DNA of 64,000 nt from Narcine bancroftii (lineage: Eukaryota), in the NCBI RefSeq assembly GCF_036971445.1, contig NC_091473.1, forward strand, positions 191,580,001-191,644,000, in the 5' to 3' direction. Both the position numbers and the translations under genes were made by a program. Under the pieces are notes generated by a model. That model did no database searches. It saw only the letters and a list, made by a program, of their open reading frames with translations, and was not told the origin of the DNA. Every line of letters starts with the position of its first letter. The stretch's first letter is position 1. Below, piece by piece: positions 38,501 to 49,654 of the stretch.

Positions 38501-41500
38501 AGGTTGAAATTCATCTATTTTCCCTTCTTTCCCTTCGTTTTCAGTTTGGTATAATTGTTCAGAATTCTCTGAAGTTTTCCTTGATCTCCTTTGGATTATA
38601 TGTGATTTGTTTGTCTTTTTTCCTTGATGCCAATACCATTTTCTTAGCTTGTTCTGTCTTAAGCTGCCATGCTAGAATTTTGTGCATTTTTTCCCCTAGT
38701 TCATAATATTTCTGTTTTGTCTTCATTATGTTCTTCTCCACCTTATATGTTTGTAATGTTTCATATTTTATTTTTTTATCTGCCAATTCTCTTCTTTTAG
38801 TTGTGTCTTCCTTCATTGCTAATTCTTTTTCTATATTTACTATTTCCCTTTCCAACTGCTCTGTTTCCTGATTATAGTCCTTCTTCATCTTGGTTACATA
38901 ACTTATTATTTGCCCTCTAATGAACACTTTCATTGCATCCCATAGTATAAACTTATCTTTCACTGATTCCGTGTTTATTTCAAAATACATTTTAATTTGT
39001 CTTTCAATGAATTCTCTAAAATCCTGCCTTTTGAGTAACATGGAGTTTAATCTCCATCTATACATTCTTGGAGGGATGTCCTCTAACTTTATTGTCAATA
39101 TTAAGGGTGAATGGTCCGATAATATTCTAGCTTTATATTCTGTTTTTCTTACTCTATCTTGCATACGAGCTGATATCAAAAATAGGTCTATTCTTGAGCA
39201 TGTTTTATGTCTAGCCGAGTAATATGAATATTCCTTTTCCTTTGCGTGTTGTTTCCTCCATATATCCAAAAGTTGCATTTCTTCCATCGATTTAATTATA
39301 AATTTGGTTACTTTGTTCTTTCTGTTAATTTTTTTCCCAGTTTTGTCCATATTTGAATTCAAATTCAGGTTGAAATCCCCTCCTATTAATATGTTCCCTT
39401 GCGTATCTGCTATCTTCAAAAAAATATCTTGCATAATCTTTTGATCTTCTTCGTTAGGTGAATATACATTGAGTAGATTCCAAAACTCTGAATATATCTG
39501 ACATTTTATTATTACATATCTCCCTGCTGGATCTATTATTTCCTCTTCTATTTTAAATGGCACATTTTTACTAATTAATATAGCTACTCCTCTTGCTTTT
39601 GAATTATACGATGCTGCTGTTACGTGTCCTACCCAATCTCTCTTTAATTTCTTGTGCTCCAATTCAGTTAAATGTGTTTCTTGCACAAATGCTATATCAA
39701 TTTTTTCTTTTTTCAGTAAATTTAGCAGTTTCTTCCTTTTAATTTGGTTATGTATTCTGTTAATATTTAAAGTCATATAGTTCAGCGTAGCCATTTTATA
39801 CTTTGTTTATCTTCCCTTTCCGTTTCTCCATCATTACCTTTCCTTCTTATCCATTTCTGCTTTCTTGTTTTGAACACTTTATAAGACAACATTTCTAAAA
39901 CATCAAACATTTTCCCTATTCTGCTATTTAAAACTTCTTTAACCCCATTCTCCCCTCTCCCTCCTGAGTTGTCCTTTATCCCTTGTCGGACAACCACATC
40001 TCCCCTCTCCATTTGGATTTGTGAATTTACTCGCAAACGTCAGCTGATTTTGCAGTGACCGTAACTCCTCCCCACGCAGCCCCCCCCAGAAAAGATTTCA
40101 ATTTTCATATGTAACAAAGGTCACTCTTTTAAATCCCTCCTTATTCCCTCTATTCTATTTCCCTCCCTTATTAATTCTTGTCTATACTCTATATATTTTC
40201 CTCTAAATACAGATACATTCATGTATGCACATTATATATATATATACACACACATATACCCCTTTACACACATACATATAGATCGTGGTCATTTTTACTC
40301 TTATTACATGTCTTCATCTCTCTGCTTGTTTTGTAGTTGTTCTGCAAATTTCCTTGCTTCCTCTGGATCCGAGAATATTCTGTTTTGTTGCCCTGGAATA
40401 ATTATTTTAAGTACCGCTGGGTACCTTAACATAAATTTATATCCTTTTTTCCATAAGATAATTTTCGCTGTACTGAACTCCTTCCTCTTCTTCAGGAGTT
40501 CAAAACTTATGTCTGGATAGAAAAAATTTTTTTGACCTTTATATTCCAGTGGCTTTTTGTCCTCTCTTACTTTCTTCATTGCTTTCTCCAATATATTTTC
40601 TCTTGTTGTATATCTTAAGAATTTTACTAAAATAGATCTTGGTTTTTGCTGCGGATGTGGTTTCGGGGCTAATGTTCTATGTGCCCTCTCTATTTCCATT
40701 CTTCCTGTAATTCTGGTCTTCCTCGGACCCTGGGGATCCAATCATTTATAAAGTCTCTCATATTCTTGCCTTCTTCATCTTCCTTAAGGCCCACTATCTT
40801 TATATTATTTCTTCTATTCTAGTTTTCCATTATATCTATCTTCTGAGCTAACTGCTCTTGTGGCTCTTTAACTTTTTTATTAGATTCTTCTAATTTCTCT
40901 TTTAAGTCCTCTACTTCCATTTCTACGATTATTTCTCGTTCTTCCATATTTTCCACTCTTTTTGCCAATTCTGATATGGCCTCTTCCATTTTATTCATTT
41001 TTTTCTTCTACATTCTTAATTCTTCTTTTTATCTCATTAAATTCTTGTAATTGCCATTCTTTCACTGATTCCATATATTCTTTAAAAAAATATACATCCA
41101 TTGTCTTGCCTTTCTCTTCTTCCTCCACTTCTTTCTGTTCTTCTTCTTCTTCTTCCTCTGGATTGACCATCTGTTGTTTCCTTGTTTTCTTTTTACCCTC
41201 TTCTTTCTTGTTGTCGTTATTGTCTGTGTTCTGCACCTGCTGCTGTGCTGCAGGTGTCTCTCTCAGCTGTGGAGATCGACTCCGCAGCTGTTCCCCCCTC
41301 CCGTCAGTGTGTTTTTTTTTCATGCGTGGTTGCGCACTTTTACTCGGCTCTGCGAACCATTTTTGTAGTCCCGAGCCCGGGACTTCCATTGACCTGAGGG
41401 AGCGGGCCTCTCTCTCCGCGGCGGGCCTCTTCGGACAGGTAAGGCCTTCACCTTCTTCTTCCGACGTCTTTCCTTCTTCTTTTCTTCCCGTTGTTTTTGG

Positions 41501-42220
41501 TTTTTCTTTCTTCGCTGCCATTTTCTTCACACTTTTACTTTCACTTTGTTTTGGTTTTTAAGTTTGTGCCTTTGCTTTTTCTCTATCTTTTTTTAACTTT
41601 TCTGGAGAGGGCTGGAGTTCCCCTACCGGCCACTACTCCATCACGTGACTCCCCCCTTTGGCCATGTGCTTCATGTCTGTGTGTGCTACAATTCGGTGTC
41701 TTGATTACTTTGTCGTGGAGAAGCTGGAGACTGATCCCGAGGAACCAGAGGCCTCCCTTAAATTTGACATGTGGCTTACACTGTCCAAAGGCCTCCATGA
41801 GGCGCCACAAGATCTCAGCCTACGGCGATAAGTATGATCTGCTTTTTGGCATCAGTGAGTCACTGAGCCTACCAAATGAGAACTACAGTGACGTGATGGC
41901 CCTCCTGCGACAGCAATATGGGGCCCCTATGTATGCCCAGGGCACCTGATGCCAGGGCTCTGGGGGGAGGGCTCTCAATGATTTTGTGAGGGCCATGAGA
42001 GCTGGGACGATCATGCAGATGCGAGGGCGTAACAGCTGCAGCCTACCAAGGAGAACTCTCCCGTGGCGGGTTAGTGGCCGACTTCCATTCCAACCGCATC
42101 CGGTGAGTGATTCCCAGAGAAGGGCGACTGGACCCTCCAGGAAGCCATACCGCTGGCTTGATTGCTGGAGAGGGCCCGATTGAACTCCACAAACCACATG
42201 GCCGCTAGGTGGGGTGCATG
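35555..42220 (+). mobile_element. LTR retrotransposon remnant (5' LTR 35555-41690 interrupted by the L1, then decayed gag-like sequence)
   Basis: TGTGG start, ...gtgctaca end at 41690, and the L1 TSD falls inside it. The downstream EKLETDPEEPEA..FDMWL resembles a gag N-terminus (from memory of such elements). Confidence 0.6.
35759..41654 (-). mobile_element. Full-length L1-clade LINE (ORF1 + EN/RT ORF2, both frameshifted)
   Basis: ORF1 pieces 41530-40304 (coiled coil, IERAHR). APE endonuclease 39794-38559 (QETH, GGDFN, SRID, SDH), RT (QGCPLS, LFADD) and C-terminal CxxC..HxxWxC. AATAAA plus poly(A) at the 3' end. 17-bp TSD cctttggccatgtgctt at 35742-35758 and 41655-41671. Confidence 0.95.
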
Positions 42221-43006
42221 GGCACTGCCATCTTGGGACTTGGTAGAATGTAAAAGGCTCTTGGACAGGCACATGGATACAAGAAAAATGGGTAAAAGGA
42301 AGGGAAGGTTTTGTCTGATGAGTAGGTTTCTAACTATTGGCACAACGTTGTTGACCGAAGGAAATCAGCAGGTCAAATAGCTTCCTTTATAGAGCACAGG
42401 GCTCAAGCACGAAACGTTGGTTCTGCATCTTTATCTTTGCTGTATAAAGGACACTGTTTGACCTGCTGAGTTTGCCCTCCATTGTGCTTTTAATTCAATC
42501 ATGGTGTCTGCAGACTTTCATGTTTTACCATTGTTGACCAAAAGGCCTGTTCTGTGCTGCAACGTTCTGCGTTAAGTGTGGAGAATACGATTGGACTCGG
42601 TGCGCCTGTACCCTCTAATGTTGCAGCGAGACTCCTGACTCATATACTCCATTCCTCTTTCAACAGAGTACTTATCGGCAATTGTCCTGTTACCAAGCCT
42701 GAAGGCAAACTTTTTGTACCTCACACTCAAAGACCCCCAGAGCCCCTGTGTGTCACCCATTTAAACAATTACATGGAACTCTAGAGCACAACACAGGCCC
42801 TTTGGCACTCGATGTTGTGCCAACCCATATATTCCTGCCTAAAAAATGTACTAAACCCTCCATACCCCATAATCCTCTATTTTTCTTTCATCTAAGAATT
42901 CTCTTAAATGTCCCTAAATGATTCAGCTTCCACTACCCACAAATCTCCTGTAAAAAATAACTTACTCCTGATGTCCCCCATAAACTTCCCTCCCTTTGCT
43001 TTGTAA

Positions 43007-43620
43007 TACTGGACAACAATTTTTTTTTCCAAAAGATTTGCTTCCAGAAAAAAATTTAGGGATTATGATTGTCAACTTCCGGCTGAACACGGAGATAATT
43101 TCAGATTTGCTGTATCACGTAGGATGTTGGAGAAACTTTAAATAAGCTTTTATTGAATTTAACCTGCTTGATCGCATAATGATGCTGACACATTGCGTTC
43201 GTTAGACTGACCTAAAAATACTTTGCCGCTGATTTTCGTTTGTACTCAGCATCTGATGCCTCGCGTGTCAGTGTCCAACAATAGTCAGCCAGCTCTGATG
43301 GATTCCAGTTGCCCTGATACCGCTTCCCCACGGTTGCAATGTCCTGGTTAAACTTTTCACCATGTCCGCCACTGACCGAGATCAGCAGGGAAGACGTCCG
43401 AGTGCGAACTCAGAAAATGAATTTTCAATGACGTGTTGCATTTTGTGGTTTTTTTCTGCTTGAAGTAGATTTAAAATGTGACAGGAATTCTCAAGAATAG
43501 AGTATATTTAAAAATGGTCTGTGATAGAAATATTTTTGAGGTGATTTTCGTGATCTGCAGCCCCAAATCCAGAAAATACACCCAAAAGTGTTCAGGAAAC
43601 AAAATCGTCATTGTCCCGTG
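43007..43620. mobile_element. Chapaev3-like non-autonomous DNA transposon
   Basis: yACTGGACAA...TTGTCCcGTG termini with 3-bp TAA/TAA TSD. Related copies at 727-1360, about 7480-7697 and about 59010-59151. Confidence 0.65.
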
Positions 43621-43906
43621 TAATTCGGCCAGTTACGAAATGGCAGGATGGGAATTGTGAGGTTATCACCACGCTGTCAAACCCGGGTTAAAATCTGGCG
43701 CTGTCTTTAAGGAGTTTGCGTGGTTGTGTGGGTTTCCACTGGGTGCTCTGGTTTCCTCCCACCCTCCAAAAGCGTCCGGGGGGGTGATTTGTAAGTTAAA
43801 TGGAGGGGGGGGGAATGCCTTGTGGGATGCAAGGGCCTGTTACGGCGCTGTACATCTGAGTTAAATTAAAAAGACATTACAGCAAATGTGTTTTTTTGTC
43901 CATTAG

Positions 43907-44026
43907 AAAGTGATGGTGTGTTGACCTCAGTGTGTCACTTCCTTCTTTTTGCCGGACTCCTGCCGACCCTCCTATTCCTTGTTCTGGGAATGACCATTCT
44001 GGCCATCAGGAAGAAACACAAACAAG
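43907..44026 (+). CDS. VJ-C1 receptor gene exon 4, stalk + transmembrane: (E)SDGVLTSVCHFLLFAGLLPTLLFLVLGMTILAIRKKHKQ
   Basis: ttttttgtccattag acceptor, 120 nt, phase 1 to 1. A 23-residue hydrophobic stretch is followed by the basic stop-transfer RKKHK. Donor G|GTAACT. Confidence 0.88.
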
Positions 44027-45327
44027 GTAACTACATCTAAGCAAGAAATGAGCATAGAACATAGAACACCTTGTGTCCTTTGATGTTGTGCCGCCTTGTA
44101 CGTTCCTACCAAAAAAAGCAGAACCCTATCTCATTATCGTCTATTTAAGAGTCTCTGAAATGTTCTTGATATTCCAGCCTCTACCACTACCCCTGGCAAT
44201 GCCACAACTCTTCATATAAATAAAAATGTACCCCTGGCTTATCCACCAAACCTCCCTCCCTTCACTTGGTACAGACGTCCTCTGGTGTTTGCTACTCACA
44301 CCCTGGATAAAGGTGCTGGCTGCCCACCTCATCTGTGCCTCTCTGAATCTTGTGGGCCTCTATTAAGTCTCCTCTCATCCTGCTATGCTCCCAAGAGAAA
44401 AATCCCAGCTCTGCGAACCTTGCCTCATATTTTCCAAGCCAGGGCAACTTCCTGGTGAATCTTCTCTGCACCTTCTCCATAGCTTCCAAATCCTTCCTGC
44501 AATGAGGTGACCAGAAATGAACACAATCCTCCGTGTAGACTGATTTGTAGAGTTGCAACTTGACCTCTCAACTCCAGAACTCAAGCCCCCATTTAATGAA
44601 GCCCAACATCCCATAGGCCTTCTTAACTATCCTGTCAACCAATGCGGCGACCTTGAGAGATGTATATAGATTTGGACCCCGAGGTTCCTCTGTTCTTCCA
44701 CCTTGAACTCACCCTTCAGGTTAGAACTTCCAAAATGTATCACCTCACACATATCCAGATTGAACTCCATCTGCCATCTTTCTGCCCAACTCTGTAACCT
44801 ATGAAAATCTCAAACCATTATTCATCAATACTTCACATCTAATCACAGGCGAACCCCCCCCCCCACATCCAGAACATCTATGGGGAACGCTGCCATCAGA
44901 GAGCAGCTGCAATCGTCCAGGATCCACACCATGCTCTGTTCTCGCTGTCGCCATCAGGAAAGAGGTATTGGTGCCCCAAGACTCGTACCCACCAGGTTCA
45001 GGAATCGCTGCCACCCCTCAACCATCAGACTTCTTGACCACAAACTCAATCAGGGACACATTTATTTGTGCACTTTATTGATTTATTTTCCTGTCTGTAT
45101 TTCACAGTCAGTTCGCTTACATTTCTTTATTTGTTTGCATGTATACATTGTGCACAGCTTTTTCGCGCCCTGCCAATAAGTGGTAATTCTGCTGTGCCCA
45201 CAAGAAAAAGAATCTCAGGGTTATATGTAATGTCATGTTTGAAGCCCAACAATAAATCTGAAATCTATCCGCCAACTGGCGGGCAGTCTTGTTGAAAAGG
45301 CTAACTTTCAGATATTTTCTCAATCAG

Positions 45328-45386
45328 ACAACTCGGAATCAGGTAACCAAAGAATCAAGGCCAGACGCAAGTCTACGGAGAACGAG
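45328..45386 (+). CDS. VJ-C1 receptor gene exon 5, cytoplasmic: (D)NSESGNQRIKARRKSTENE
   Basis: ttttctcaatcag acceptor, 59 nt, phase 1 to 0, GAG|GTAAGC donor. Open in the required frame and located in a non-repeat island between repeats. Confidence 0.8.
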
Positions 45387-45425
45387 GTAAGCATGAATAT
45401 AGATGGTACTTTGTTTATTTTAATA

Positions 45426-46152
45426 CAGGTACACGATCCTTTATCTGGAACCATTGGGGACAATGTGTATCGAATTTTGGATTTTTCCATATTTCGGAAA
45501 GCCCACCCGAATTGTGCTGCCATACCCACCCCCACCCCCTTCCAGTCACCTGGCCTTCTCCCCCAACCGCCGGTTCCTCAGCTGTCTCCCCAAAACCGTG
45601 GTCCCTCAGCCACCCGGCTGCCTCCCCCAACCACGATCGCTTGGCCACCCGACAATCTCCCACGACCGTAGTCCCTCAGCTGCCTGGATGCCTCCCCCGA
45701 CCACCGGTCCCTTGGCCGCCTAGTAGTCTCCCCCAACCGGCAGTCCCTTGGCTGCCCAGCAGTCTCACCCAACCGCCGGTCCCTCAGCTGCCCGGCTGTC
45801 TCCACCAACTGCGCTCCCTCGGCCACCAGGCCGCCTCCCCCGACCACCGGTGCCTTGGCCGCCTAGTAGTCTCCCCCAACCGGCAGTCCCTTGGCTGCCC
45901 AGCAGTCTCACCCAACCGCTGGTCCCTCAGCTGCCCGGCTGTCTCCACCAACCACGCTCCCTCGGCCACCCGGCCGCCTCCCCCGACTGCCCAGCAGTCT
46001 CCCCCGGCCATCTCCTCCAACCATCCAGCAGTCTCCCATGGCCACCTCCCTTGACCTCCAGTCCCTCGGCCGCTCCCCTGACCGCTGGTCCCCACTTGCC
46101 AGATTTTGGACCTTTCTGGATTTTAGATATCCGGATAAAGGATCATGTACCT
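45426..46152. mobile_element. Tc1/pogo-type MITE with GC-rich internal tandem repeats
   Basis: AGGTACAyGATCCTTTATCyGGA inverted termini flanked by TA; same family as 12279-12869. Confidence 0.8.
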
Positions 46153-46214
46153 TACATCCTAATTTCAAAGAGTCATCTTCCAAGGTGTGAGCTATGATAT
46201 TTTGAATTTCCTTG

Positions 46215-47030
46215 TAACCATATAACAATTTACAGTACAGAAATAGGCCATATCAGACCTTCTAGGCCACACCAATTTATGTTAAACTCCACTAGTTCCA
46301 CCTAAGCCTTACCATAACCGTCCAACCCCCTCACATCCATGCACTCATCCAACCTTCTCTTAAATGACAGAATTATCCCTGCCACAACTATCTCTTCCAG
46401 AAGGTCATTCCACTCACCCACCACTCTCTGAGTGAAGAAGCATCCTCATATTATTCCTAAAGTTTTTCCCCCTAACCCTTAACTTATGACCCCTCATTCC
46501 AATCTTCCCTACCCTCAGGGGAAAGAGCCTATTCACTTCATAATTTTAAATACCTCCATCAAATTCTCTCTCAATTTTCTAAGCTCCAATAAATAAAGAC
46601 CCAGTCTACTCAATCTTCCCCGTATCCAAGATACTGCAATCTATGCAAAATTTTAATAAACCTTCTTTGCACTCTCTCTACCTTATTGATATCCTTCCTA
46701 TAATATGATGACCAGAACTGCACACAATATTCCAAACTTGGCCTCACCAAAGCTTTGAACAGTCTCAACATCACCTCCCAGCTCCTATATTCTATGCTAT
46801 GATTTATAAAGGCCAGCATACCCAAAGCCTTCTTCGCCACCCTATCTATATGGGAATCCACCTTCAAGGAACGCTGAACCATTATTCCAAGATCCCTCTG
46901 TTCCTCAGCTTTCCTCAACTCCCTCCCCTTCACTGCATACATCATAATTTTGTTATTCCTCCCAAAATGAGGCACCTCACACTTATCTATATAAAACTCT
47001 ATCTGCCACCTTTCGATCCCTTTAATCCAG
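46215..47030 (-). mobile_element. CR1 3' fragment (many similar pieces, e.g. 13230-13840, 16240-16975, 29290-29995, 34240-35120, 44050-44800, 60880-61455, 63590-64000)
   Basis: KCEVxHFG, LVRPxLEYCVQFWS and ERVQRRF motifs. Confidence 0.85.
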
Positions 47031-47859
47031 GAAATCACACTCTGTGGCTGTTACTTTATGTAGCTTTAATCCATTGAAAAAACAGATAAACATTTTGCAT
47101 AGTTTTGTATTAAAACTTTCATAATGATGAATAACAAAGGTTTTAATGTATAATGATACTAGCTTAAAGAAATACACAAACTTTAAAGAGATACATAAAA
47201 AGGTATTTAAAGGGATGTGAAAAATTTCTCATGCTCACGCTTCTTTCACATCTAATTGAATAATGAGCAAGTCATTAGTCTGGGTGAATATTACATCATA
47301 GTCACTATGGTAACACTACAAATGACAGTTCTCATAAAGAGAAAGGCACAAAATTAATTAAGAGTTTAAAAAAAACACAAGGTTTTAACCTTTACATGAA
47401 CAATCCAGGAAACCAGTTACCATTCAGGAGGGGAAGGGCTTGTCCAAGAATGGTGGGGACATGGGCAAGAAAGGGTGAGTGGCCTCCTTCTTTTCCAATT
47501 GGGAAGCTGGCTGGGGGGTCACGTAACATTTATGAAATTCTTCGTTACAGCAATTAAATGTCAGACTTCGATTCAGCTGCCAGATAACATTCAAGCCATT
47601 CACGGTTCGCATTCGCCGATTCGGGAGACTGTGTAGGTCTTGGAGGAGATGGGGAAAGTGCTGGATCTGGAGGGGTTTCAGCGGTCGGGGAGGGTTGGTG
47701 GCTGTCTAGGTTTACAGAGGTGGCATTAACTACCACCCAGGCCTCTAGGCTGAGCTTTAGTAAGACTCCCCATGACCTTGCCCCCCTGCCCCACCCTTTA
47801 TTGAATAGAATAAAGTGACGTTGTTACAGTAAATAACATATCATTGAATTGTGTACAAT

Positions 47860-48170
47860 GTACTACATGTATAAGCAAGAAATTTAATTGCAGCAACAAT
47901 ATTTTCGCGAAATGTTTTCATGTAATCATGTTCTGATTGGTATTGTCAAGTAATCAAGCAGAGTCTTCACCTGAAAACAGTTTCAGTTAAAACAGAATGC
48001 CTTACCTGTGCTTGGAGAATACCACAGCCAACTTCTTCTGATCTTTCTTGATAAAACAGGGACTAACTAAAGTAATGTTTCTGTTTACCATCTGTTATGA
48101 GTGAGGAAACAGGATTGGTAGGTCTCAAAGGCAAGTTTGGACACACAGTTTTGATGGAGAAGGATTTTAT
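47860..48170 (-). mobile_element. hAT (Tip100/ZMYM1-like) transposase relic
   Basis: Frameshifted RSWLWYSPSTGKAFCF (TTF-type zinc finger) and NIVAAIKFLA motifs. Confidence 0.65.
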
Positions 48171-48179
48171 TTATAGACG

Positions 48180-48343
48180 NNNNNNNNNNNNNNNNNNNNN
48201 NNNNNNNNNNNNNNNNNNNNNNNNNNNNNNNNNNNNNNNNNNNNNNNNNNNNNNNNNNNNNNNNNNNNNNNNNNNNNNNNNNNNNNNNNNNNNNNNNNNN
48301 NNNNNNNNNNNNNNNNNNNNNNNNNNNNNNNNNNNNNNNNNNN
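48180..48343. other. Assembly gap (164 N)
   Basis: Run of N. Confidence 1.
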
Positions 48344-49654
48344 AAAGTAATAGCAGACAACTAATAATGAATGTGGGGAAAATAGCATTGGAACAAAATA
48401 CACATACACACAATGAACTGGTACATACAATGATCAAGGAAAAGTCACTCCGATGCCCTCGACTCAGTGCAGGCACGGCTCGATGCTACAAGGAGCACTC
48501 ATTACATGCTCCCAACCCTTTTAACAGTGCGCATCTTGCCAACAGTTTCTCCACCACCCTTCCACATTTCTTGGCCTGGAGTGAAGCAGGGTAGTCCAAA
48601 ACTGGCAAACAGAGAGAGAACAAAGAACACATGCCACCTTTATAGAGCTGAAGGGTCCACCCCAGGCCATTAGCAGGGTTAAGTGGCTCAGCGCCAGGAA
48701 GCTTAATCCAATTACAACAGCCAGTGGCCCAAGGCCAAGTACAAGCAGGCTGGAGAGTCCAATCCAGGTTATTTACATGGATCCAACAGCGATGTGTCCA
48801 CTAATGGGTGGGCCAGAACCAAACTTTGATTGACAGTTGGTGTGTCCTCCAACTAGGTTGGGAGCAGTGCTGTCATATGACCACCACAATCCTTCCCAAT
48901 ACACTGTCCTATTTTATAGATGTCACAATATGGGCTTGGCTCCCCATTTTGAACCTGTGTCACCCATGTTAACGCCAACTCATGATGTCATAAGGTCATC
49001 ATGGTGAACACAATCTCATGGCTGCAGTACAAAGTCCTCAAAGCATTACTTCTAAATGTTCATATGTTTGGGGCCTAAATTAGAAAATAAAATAGTATTT
49101 GTAATATTCGTAAGGGCAGACAATCCCTCTTGTAGGGCCAATGGCCGTCGAGCGCGGAAAGGGCAACCTTGCATCGTTCACTTCAACAGAACTTCCCCCT
49201 CCCCCCAACCTGTCTTGAGCTCACCATGCCGCTGGATCCAGGAGGGGATGTCGAGAGGGTGGGTCTGGACCTCTGCAACCCCCCGACTCACCTAAAATCC
49301 ACTCACACACCCGCTGTTCCTTTCTGAGGAGTGGGGTGGGGGTGGTATCAAACCCCCACAAACTGACTGAAAGGAACCATCACCATTCTATGGGAAGGAT
49401 CGCTAGATGTGAAAAGAATATCTGCAGAAGTACTGAAATATCATCCAAAATACTCACGTGCACACTCAATTAAACCATTTTGTTTTGTTCTCAGCAGCCC
49501 CCTCCCTTCTGGGGCCCAAGGCTTAAGCCTAACTCAGCCTAATGGTTAATTCCCCCACTGGGGCATGGAAGGGTGTTGGGCTGGACAATGCACTGAGGCG
49601 TGTGCAGGCCATTCTGATGATTTGGGCTGGTGTGTGCAGGAGCGCTGGAGGTGA

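Noticed and set aside
47554-47736. 60-aa Pro/Ser-rich ORF on the minus strand
   Set aside because: No recognisable domain or compatible exon chain; adjacent to transposon debris.
48001-48060. Minus-strand CAG|GTAAGG donor suggesting an exon
   Set aside because: It falls within a hAT transposase relic (YSPSTGKAFCF) that reads straight through it.
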